A stretch of DNA of 55,094 bases from a bacterium (GTDB lineage Bacteria > Patescibacteriota > Gracilibacteria > UM-FILTER-43-11): assembly GCA_030427295.1 (NCBI GenBank), contig JAUHWS010000002.1, positions 1-55,094 of the forward strand, written 5' to 3'. Positions 45,490-52,524 of the stretch are shown piece by piece. How positions within the stretch are numbered: position 1 is the stretch's first letter; each line of letters starts with the position of its first letter. The notes beneath the pieces were generated by a model. That model did no database searches and was not told where the DNA came from. It saw only the letters and a program-made list of their open reading frames with translations. Made by a program: the position numbers and the translations under genes.

Positions 45490-45720
45490 TGGAGTATATA
45501 CTCACCTTCTCCTAAACTATATACTTATCTTCCATAAAAAGCTGGGAGTTGGGAGCTTGTTGCTGGTAGTTAAATCCAGCTAAGATAACTCTCTATTACT
45601 CTTAAATAAGAGATAACTTGAGTTATTCTAAATTCTGACTCGTCTACCAGCTAACATCTAATAGCTATCAGCTCGAAAAAAGTATATACCCACCTCAACT
45701 CAAAGTATATACCCATCCTA
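45490..45720 (+). repeat. GTATATAC-dyad composite element, copy D
   Basis: Units at 45494-45501, 45517-45524 (CTATATAC), 45682-45689 and 45705-45712 (2+2, 23-bp phasing). The spacer 45534-45675 is a long imperfect hairpin homologous to the reverse complement of the copy B spacer. Confidence 0.88.
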
Positions 45721-45860
45721 CACCCTCATGTCACTCCCGAGCCTTTATGGTCCACGAGTTTACGAGTGGTTTACCAGAAAGGTGAACTTGGGAGTCTTTT
45801 TGAATTCAGAGAGTCCAAATACAGACGACTCTAGGGTCTAACGCCCTAGAGTGATAAATG
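45713..45860 (+). ncRNA. Candidate structured RNA/terminator module (the 'tail') shared with 1-148
   Basis: Hairpin of about 21 bp with bulges: ACTCCCGAG-CCTTT-TGG-CCAC / GTGG-CCA-AAAGG-CTTGGGAGT, followed by TCTTTTTG, then a second hairpin CTCTAGGG-TCTAACG-CCCTAGAG. One copy difference gives a G:U pair on this strand only. Confidence 0.45.
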
Positions 45861-45873
45861 ATTATTTACCATT

Positions 45874-45975
45874 CAGGACCTCCCCCCTTACCCCTCACAA
45901 ACCCATCTTATTGTCCTCCTCCCCGTGGAGGGGGAAAGAGATTGATGGGTGAATCACTTTTAGGGGGAGGTCCTG
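45874..45975. repeat. Nested G/C-run inverted repeat
   Basis: Outer pair CAGGACCTCCCCCC / GGGGGAGGTCCTG, middle pair ACCCATC / GATGGGT, inner pair CCTCC / GGAGG. Confidence 0.7.
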
Positions 45976-46047
45976 ATGAGATAATTTAAGTTATTCTAAA
46001 TACCGACTAGTCTACTAGCTCCCAGCTACAAGCTAATAGCTATATTA
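45976..46047 (+). repeat. Half-copy of the B/D-type spacer arm, without dyad units
   Basis: GAGATAATTTAAGTTATTCTAAATACCGACTAGTCTACTAGCT...AGCTAATAGCTAT aligns closely to the reverse complement of 3090-3150 and to 45610-45672. Confidence 0.75.
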
Positions 46048-47745
46048 TTATTCTTCATGAGAATGATTGTGTTCTTCCTCATCAATTTCAACCTCATCGG
46101 AATTGCGGAGGTACAGTTGTGGATTGACCGCTTGGCCATTTTTCCAAACTTCAAAGTGTAGGTGAGCCCCTGTGGTATAAGGTCCTGCCCCAAGGGTGCC
46201 GGGGGTTCCGCCTGAAAGCGCGACCACCTCGCCTTGTCGAACGGTCATGCCAGGTTCTACCAAAAATTCAGACACATGTCCATACACGGTGACCAGGTTA
46301 TTTTTGTGGGCGAGAACCAAATAGCTGTAACCGTAGCCGTTATCAGCGACTTCTGAAACATAAGCATCGGCGGGTGCTCTGATTTCAGTGAATTGAGCGG
46401 CCCGAATATCGATGGCATTGTGCTCGAAGGAGTATGGATAACTTGGATCTTTAAAGGTCGCAGTGATCACATTTTGGGGGATAGGCCAAATGAATGGCTT
46501 GGCTCCATCAGGCAGATCATCGCCATTCAAAATGTTAAGCGCTTCACTACTCAATGCTAAATCATCAAGGTTATCTGCCCGTGTGGCCCCTTTGATGTTT
46601 TGATCCAGCGAATCCAAAGCGGTTTCAATCATCTGGATATTTTCTTGCAAGCTTTGAACGGCAATGGCTGATTCAAGTTGTTGACGCCGCGCGTCTTCGA
46701 GGAGCAGTTGATATTTTTCTTCTTCTCCTTCGGTTTTTTCAAGAAGTTCTTCTTTATTGATTCGAGATTCTTCTTGGATTTGCTTTTCATTGTTGAGCTG
46801 TTCGTACAGATAATCTAAATCTTCTTGGTCTTTGAGTAATTTGAGTTGTTTTTCTTCAAGGGTTCTTCGCTTTTCATCAAGCTCGTGAAAAATTTTTCGC
46901 CCGGTTTCTTCCATCACAGCCACATATTCTTCCCCCATCAAACTTTCACTCACCGTCTCTTCTTCGAGGAGCAGCTTTAAACTGCTCGCTTCTTGGCCTT
47001 CAATGTCTAAATATTTGGACTGTTCTCCATAAAGGAGCTTGATAAAATCTAGCACGACTTGCTCTTGTATTTTGAGTTCAAGTTCTGCGCTTTCAAGCTC
47101 TATAAGCGTGTCTTTGATTTCAATTTTCTTTTCGGCAATCAGCACTTCGACATTGGTGATCTTTTCTTTGGTGAGTCGAATTTGCCCATTCAGCCGTTCA
47201 ATTTGGGCTTGCAAAGAGCCGATTTCTTCCGTGATGGGAATGAGTTTTTCTTCTGTGTCCTGAATTTGCTCTTCGAGGGAATCAAACCGTTCTTGCTGCT
47301 CCTCTAAGTTTTCTTTGGCATCCGACAGACGCATTTGCGTGAAGGCTTTCTTGCCTCCCCAACTATCAATCAAACTGTCTTTGTAGTTTTCAAAGGCAGC
47401 AGAGTTTTCAGTGTTGCCTGAGGATGTCCCTGGAAGTGCAGGTGAACTTGATGTGGAGCTGGATTGCAATAGATCTGCCGTGGCATTTTCTTGAACGGTT
47501 GAGATTAAATCCCCATTGGCATTGTAAGCCCCATTCTCGGTGATCTCAATCAAGCTGGACTCATCGTAGTAACTTTTATCTTCAGCGGATGGCAGCCCAA
47601 AATCGAGTAAATCTTGAGATTCTGCTGCTGCCAGGTTTGGCATGAAAAGTCCCAACGCCAACAAAGAAATGATGATTTGTTTTTTTGCCTTTCTCACGGG
47701 CTTGAAATTGCTTTTTAAAAGGGATTTTTTCACTTTTTTAATCAC
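46048..47745 (-). CDS. M23-family metallopeptidase with long coiled-coil (EnvC-like)
   Basis: N-terminal anchor, extended coiled-coil, and a C-terminal M23 domain (GYSYLVLAH...GHVSEF...GTPGTLGAGPYTTGAHLHFEV). Confidence 0.88.
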   Translation of the reverse strand: MIKKVKKSLLKSNFKPVRKAKKQIIISLLALGLFMPNLAAAESQDLLDFGLPSAEDKSYYDESSLIEITENGAYNANGDLISTVQENATADLLQSSSTSSSPALPGTSSGNTENSAAFENYKDSLIDSWGGKKAFTQMRLSDAKENLEEQQERFDSLEEQIQDTEEKLIPITEEIGSLQAQIERLNGQIRLTKEKITNVEVLIAEKKIEIKDTLIELESAELELKIQEQVVLDFIKLLYGEQSKYLDIEGQEASSLKLLLEEETVSESLMGEEYVAVMEETGRKIFHELDEKRRTLEEKQLKLLKDQEDLDYLYEQLNNEKQIQEESRINKEELLEKTEGEEEKYQLLLEDARRQQLESAIAVQSLQENIQMIETALDSLDQNIKGATRADNLDDLALSSEALNILNGDDLPDGAKPFIWPIPQNVITATFKDPSYPYSFEHNAIDIRAAQFTEIRAPADAYVSEVADNGYGYSYLVLAHKNNLVTVYGHVSEFLVEPGMTVRQGEVVALSGGTPGTLGAGPYTTGAHLHFEVWKNGQAVNPQLYLRNSDEVEIDEEEHNHSHEE

Positions 47746-48002
47746 TCCTATTTATTATACCAAATTTTGGCTAAAAAACAAGGTTTTTTACGATCCACTA
47801 GCCAAAAACCTACTTGTGAATGGACCGAAGCATATGATAGGCTTGGGTAAAGGATCATTGCTCCATTTTCGTTCGCCAACTGTTTGTAATTTTAAATCGA
47901 TTAGCGATTAGCATGTCGATGTAACTTCAAAACTATTCGTAAGCTATCAGCAGCCTATTCGCACCCCATTCGTAATTAATAATTTGTAATTAGCTATTAA
48001 GT

Positions 48003-48572
48003 ATGATCGCCTACCTCTCTGGCCTCACCATTGATAAGGATGAAAAGACACTCACTGTTTTGGTGTCTGGAATTGGCTATCGGGTTTTTAGCACTTCGGA
48101 TTTGATTGCCGGCACCCCATTGGATCAAAAAATACAACTCTTCATCCACACAGCGGTTAAGGAGGATGACATTAGTTTGTATGGCTTTAAAACAAAAGCT
48201 GAACTCGCGTTTTACCAAAAACTTTTGACCGTTTCAGGAATTGGTCCGCGAATGGGCATGGAAATCTTAACCTGCCCCTTAGATTTAACCAAAACAGCCA
48301 TTTTATCCGAAGACATCAGCACCCTAACTAAAATCAAGGGCTTGGGTAAAAAGACCGCTGAACGCCTTTGCTTGGAGTTGAAAAATAAAATTGAACTCCC
48401 CATGGGTGAAACAACTCAGAAGTCAGACTCTCCCATTCATGAGGATGCCGTTTTGGCTTTGGAAAGCTTGGGATACGAGCGCTATCACATCCTCAAATCC
48501 ATGGCTGAGTTGCCTGCTGAACTTCAAGACACGGAATCGATTGTGAAATATTTTCTCAAGTCCGCTGCTTAG
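48003..48572 (+). CDS. ruvA: Holliday junction DNA helicase subunit RuvA
   Basis: MIAYLSG N-terminus and helix-hairpin-helix motifs VSGIGPRMG and IKGLGKKTAERL. Confidence 0.92.
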   Translation: MIAYLSGLTIDKDEKTLTVLVSGIGYRVFSTSDLIAGTPLDQKIQLFIHTAVKEDDISLYGFKTKAELAFYQKLLTVSGIGPRMGMEILTCPLDLTKTAILSEDISTLTKIKGLGKKTAERLCLELKNKIELPMGETTQKSDSPIHEDAVLALESLGYERYHILKSMAELPAELQDTESIVKYFLKSAA

Positions 48573-48608
48573 TAAAGTAGGTAAAATGGGATATAAAGGG
48601 TAATGAAT

Positions 48609-48657
48609 GAGTGGTGAGTGGTGAGTGGTGAGTGGTGAGTGGTGAGTGGTGAGTAAT
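48609..48657 (+). repeat. Tandem heptamer GAGTGGT x6 plus one degenerate unit (GAGTAAT)
   Basis: Perfect units start at 48609, 48616, 48623, 48630, 48637 and 48644. The repeat lies between ruvA and pgi. Confidence 0.95.
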
Positions 48658-48681
48658 TGATAATAAATAATAAAAAATAAA

Positions 48682-49965
48682 ATGCTTCACCTTCAATTTG
48701 ATAATATTTCTGCCAAAAAGGTTAGTCTGCTTCACGGCATTTCTGAAGCACGGCTTCGTCGTTTTTGTGAAAAGAATCAGACCTTGGTGGACACAGTTTT
48801 TAAATCGAAAACGAAGGCAGGTTATCATTTTTTGGCTTTGCCGGATGCTAAGTCAACAGTTGCCAAGGTGAAAAAATTTGTGGCTTCTCAGACCAAAGCT
48901 GGCTGGAAGCACATTGTTTTGTTGGGGATTGGGGGCAGTGCTTTGGGTCCGCTGGCTGTGAGAGATGCTTTGATCAGCCCCTTTGCAAAAACGGCTAAAT
49001 TGCATGTTTTGGATAATGTGGATCCTGCATTTGCCAGTGATGTGCTAGACAATATTCCTCTGGCCAAAACGCTATTTATCGTCATTTCTAAATCAGGCAC
49101 CACCACTGAGCCAATGGCTCTGTATGCCGTCGTGAAAGAACGGCTTCAGAAAAAGTTTCCAAAGGATTATCAGAAACATTTAGTTTTTGTGACAGATCCC
49201 AAAAATGGGCTCTTGAGAGAAATTGCTAAAGCAGAAAATATTATTACGTTCGACATTCCTCCTAAAATTGGGGGGCGCTTTAGTGTATTGACCAATGTAG
49301 GCTTGCTCCCCTGTGCCCTGGCTGGAGTGGACATTGGTGGACTACTCAAAGGAGCTCGCATGATGCGCGAATCCCTGAAAAAAAATAAGGGGTTTTATAA
49401 TGTGGCCCTCAAGTTAGCTGCTGTCCAATTTTTACTGGATCAAAAGAAGGGTAAATCGATGACGGTTCTCATGCCCTACAGTAACCACTTGTTTCGCATT
49501 GGGGATTGGTATCGGCAATTGTTGGCTGAGAGCATTGGGAAAAATCGATGGTCAGGCCCAACGCCCATCAATGCCCTGGGAACGACGGATCAACACTCTC
49601 AGCTACAACTTTACAATGACGGTCCCAATAACAAATTAATTATTTTCATGCGCGTCCTCAAGCCAGCCAAAGATTTGAAATGGGGCAATGTTTTGCCGGA
49701 TGAAATCGGTTTTTTGAACCATAAAAAAATGAGTCAGGTGATTGATGCAGCCTATCAAGGCACGTCCCAAGCCCTCACAAAACACAAGCGACCCAATTTA
49801 ACGATCGAGGTGCCCAAGGTAGATGCAGCGAGTTTGGGGGCTCTATTCATGCTTTTTGAGTTTGAAATAGCCCTTTTAGGACAATTGTATAAGGTGAATG
49901 CCTTTGATCAACCTGGTGTGGAACACAGTAAAAAAATCACTAAAAAACTGCTGATGAATTTGTAG
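48682..49965 (+). CDS. pgi: Glucose-6-phosphate isomerase
   Basis: VISKSGTTTEP motif and SIS-domain layout. 427 aa. Confidence 0.88.
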   Translation: MLHLQFDNISAKKVSLLHGISEARLRRFCEKNQTLVDTVFKSKTKAGYHFLALPDAKSTVAKVKKFVASQTKAGWKHIVLLGIGGSALGPLAVRDALISPFAKTAKLHVLDNVDPAFASDVLDNIPLAKTLFIVISKSGTTTEPMALYAVVKERLQKKFPKDYQKHLVFVTDPKNGLLREIAKAENIITFDIPPKIGGRFSVLTNVGLLPCALAGVDIGGLLKGARMMRESLKKNKGFYNVALKLAAVQFLLDQKKGKSMTVLMPYSNHLFRIGDWYRQLLAESIGKNRWSGPTPINALGTTDQHSQLQLYNDGPNNKLIIFMRVLKPAKDLKWGNVLPDEIGFLNHKKMSQVIDAAYQGTSQALTKHKRPNLTIEVPKVDAASLGALFMLFEFEIALLGQLYKVNAFDQPGVEHSKKITKKLLMNL

Positions 49966-49983
49966 TGAATCATTTATCTCCTC

Positions 49984-50655
49984 ATGAAAAACAAAATTAA
50001 AAAAACAGAGGCGGGCTTCACCTTGGTGGAAATTCTCGTGGTTCTCATCATTGTTTTTTTGGTTTTGGCAGTGGGCATCAACACTTATCAGGCTCAACGT
50101 GAATTCACACGTTACAATGATGCTATTTTAAAAGTGAATCAACTGATCAAGTCGGCCCGAAACAATACTTTGAGCCATCAGACGGTTTATGATCCGGAGA
50201 ATTTAGAGGAGCCAACTTATGTTCCAGAGGGGGGTTATGGCGTTTTCATCGATCAATCCAAGACTCCCGGTGACTCGCGTTTCATTCTCTTTGCGAATAC
50301 AGCGACGGGAAATAATCCTGAGGAAGAGGCGCTGAAAAAAGCTCGCTATGACGAAGGGGAGGATTTGATTGAGGAAGTTTACGCCTTGGATCCTATTGTG
50401 AATTTTGAAGGGTTATTTCTTGACCAAAATGATCCGCCCAGCCCCCTTGAAAATAATGAGCATCAGGCCGTGATTATTTTTAGCCCTCCTCTGGCTGACA
50501 GTTATTTGGCCGTCAATGATCAGCCCAATCCCGATGAGCTGACCACTTTGCCTGAGCTTTACCTGTCTTTTAGACGCCTTGGTGCCGAGGTGGTTCCACC
50601 ACTTTATATTTATTTAAATGGGATCTCGGGTATCAGTGAAATCCAACAACCATGA
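49984..50655 (+). CDS. Prepilin-type N-terminal cleavage/methylation domain protein (pseudopilin 1)
   Basis: KKTEAGFTLVEILVVLIIVFLVLAV class III signal. Confidence 0.85.
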   Translation: MKNKIKKTEAGFTLVEILVVLIIVFLVLAVGINTYQAQREFTRYNDAILKVNQLIKSARNNTLSHQTVYDPENLEEPTYVPEGGYGVFIDQSKTPGDSRFILFANTATGNNPEEEALKKARYDEGEDLIEEVYALDPIVNFEGLFLDQNDPPSPLENNEHQAVIIFSPPLADSYLAVNDQPNPDELTTLPELYLSFRRLGAEVVPPLYIYLNGISGISEIQQP

Positions 50656-51440
50656 CCGGACTTACCCCTAAAAACAAAGGAGAAACCTTGATGGAAACTC
50701 TCATTGCCATCTCGGTGATCGCGATTGGCATTGCGGTGGCAAGTACCGTGATTTTGAACTCGATACGTTATATGCAAAATGCTAAAAATCGGGTGATTGC
50801 TTTGAATATCGCCCGAGAGGGATTGGAAGGCATGCGCAACATTCGGGATACGAACTGGCTGTTTTATAGTGATCGGCGGCGTCAGTGTTGGAATCACGAT
50901 CCGAGCACGGTTCCTTGTGAGGGGGATACCCCTATCATCCCGGGAACTTATGTGATCTATCGAGATATTGATCATCGCTGGCAATTGGCCTTAGCAGATA
51001 GTGATGTGGATGTGGATTCGGATGGAGACAACATTCCTGACAATGATTTGGATTTAGCCCCGCTGGCCCTGGTGGATATTGATGAAAATGTGGATTCGGA
51101 TGGAGACGAAAATCCAACCAATGATCGAGACACCTACAATCATGTGGATGAGGCTTTGAATTCATTGGGAGAAGCCACTCAAGAGACCTCCTTTAAACGC
51201 TATTTGCAAATTGAGTATCTGGATGACGACGGAGCATTTTCAGCCATCAGCCAAACGGATGAGCCCTTTGATTCGATCAACTCGTTGAAAGAATGGAGTG
51301 ATGGCGGACTGGATTCATCAGCCTTAAATCGAATGCGCATCACGAGTGTGGTGGAGTGGACGATTCGAGGGACCACTCATCGCACTCAACTTAAAACTAT
51401 TTTGACGGACCATTTGGATCGAGAAAATTTTGATAACTAA
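50652..51440 (+). CDS. Pseudopilin 2 with Asp-rich calcium-binding-like repeats
   Basis: KGETLMETLIAISVIAIG N-terminus. The ATGA overlap with the upstream gene suggests coupling. Contains DVDSDGDNIPDNDLD and NVDSDGDENPTNDRD. Confidence 0.8.
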   Translation: MTGLTPKNKGETLMETLIAISVIAIGIAVASTVILNSIRYMQNAKNRVIALNIAREGLEGMRNIRDTNWLFYSDRRRQCWNHDPSTVPCEGDTPIIPGTYVIYRDIDHRWQLALADSDVDVDSDGDNIPDNDLDLAPLALVDIDENVDSDGDENPTNDRDTYNHVDEALNSLGEATQETSFKRYLQIEYLDDDGAFSAISQTDEPFDSINSLKEWSDGGLDSSALNRMRITSVVEWTIRGTTHRTQLKTILTDHLDRENFDN

Positions 51441-51463
51441 TTTTTTTAAGACTGCAAAAAAGA

Positions 51464-52426
51464 TTGTGGACATCACGGGCGGGATTTACTTTAATTGAAC
51501 TGATCATCGCGCTTGGCATTTTGACGATGATTGGCATTTTTGCAGGAAACTTGTATTTGAATTACACGGCTAATGCCAAGCAATTGCAAGCTGCCAACAC
51601 GGTTTATGAAGAGGGGCGTTTTTTAATGGAAAAAATCGTCCGTGAAATTCGGATGAACACCATTGATTATGAAGAGTACTTCAATCAATCCACGGACCCA
51701 CCCGGTGAGCTGGGTGGCAACTATTGTCTGTACGATCAAGATTTTTATACTGAAGGCGATGATGGTGTCATGGGAACGCGTGACGATGAAAGTTTGGGGC
51801 GGCGCAACCCTGACAATGGCCATGTGGCTCCACTTGCTGAAATGATCCAAGGGAATTTGTATTTGATCAATCCTGAAGGTGACCGGCGCACTTACATCAG
51901 TTTGGTGGATGGAAATATAGAAATCAGTAAATTAGTTGGGCAAGATTTTGGACAAGATCACATCAATGCCTTGGATTCATATAATGGTTTAAAAACGAGT
52001 CATCCGAGTTGTGTTCCGGATGACGGTGAAGGTGATGGGTTGATTGACACTTGGCAATGTGATCCGGATTATCCTTGTAATCGAGAAATTGAAATTGAGA
52101 GTCCAACGGTTTTTGGTTGTTTGGGTTATGGTGATCGCATTGTTAATGATCCCGATGACCCTGATCACAGCTTTGTTGATTTTACCCCCGCCTCCATTGA
52201 CATTGTAGACCTTAAATTTATCCTTAATCCTGAGGACGATCCATGGAAGGCTTATCAAGTGGATGAGGTTCAAATTCAACCCTATGTGACGGTTCAAATG
52301 ACCGTGGCTGCCGATCCCAAGCAAGTAACTGGCATCAATGAGGCAAGTCCACCACAAGTCACACTAACCTCGACCATCACCACCCGAAATGTGGAAGAAG
52401 TCGTTTCATCTTGCCTCATTCGCTAA
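51464..52426 (+). CDS. Pseudopilin 3
   Basis: TTG start and SRAGFTLIELIIALGILTMIG class III signal. Confidence 0.85.
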   Translation: MWTSRAGFTLIELIIALGILTMIGIFAGNLYLNYTANAKQLQAANTVYEEGRFLMEKIVREIRMNTIDYEEYFNQSTDPPGELGGNYCLYDQDFYTEGDDGVMGTRDDESLGRRNPDNGHVAPLAEMIQGNLYLINPEGDRRTYISLVDGNIEISKLVGQDFGQDHINALDSYNGLKTSHPSCVPDDGEGDGLIDTWQCDPDYPCNREIEIESPTVFGCLGYGDRIVNDPDDPDHSFVDFTPASIDIVDLKFILNPEDDPWKAYQVDEVQIQPYVTVQMTVAADPKQVTGINEASPPQVTLTSTITTRNVEEVVSSCLIR

Positions 52427-52524
52427 AAAATGAATGATGACAATCCATAATATGTAATCCACAATAAGTAATAAAAAATATAAAACTGAACAACAAAGGC
52501 GTCTCGCTGGCCATTGCCATTGGT

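Noticed and set aside
45490-45720. Could the repeat-spacer-repeat layout of the dyad loci be a mini CRISPR array?
   Set aside because: Each locus has only two repeat blocks. The 'spacers' are 140-195 bp and are themselves hairpins partly shared between loci. The repeats are internally tandem 23-mers, and no cas genes lie in the window.
1-45860. A 45-kb composite transposon or genomic island bounded by the inverted A/D repeats
   Set aside because: The interval is dominated by core single-copy housekeeping genes (uvrA, ruvB, dnaG, rpoD, greA, valS, rsmI, hpt) and has no transposase or integrase. Inversion by homologous recombination remains possible, but a mobile island does not fit.
48556-48828. 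90-aa minus-strand ORF containing HHSPLTTHHSPLTT
   Set aside because: The peptide repeat is the translation of the GAGTGGT microsatellite. The ORF also overlaps the pgi start on the opposite strand.
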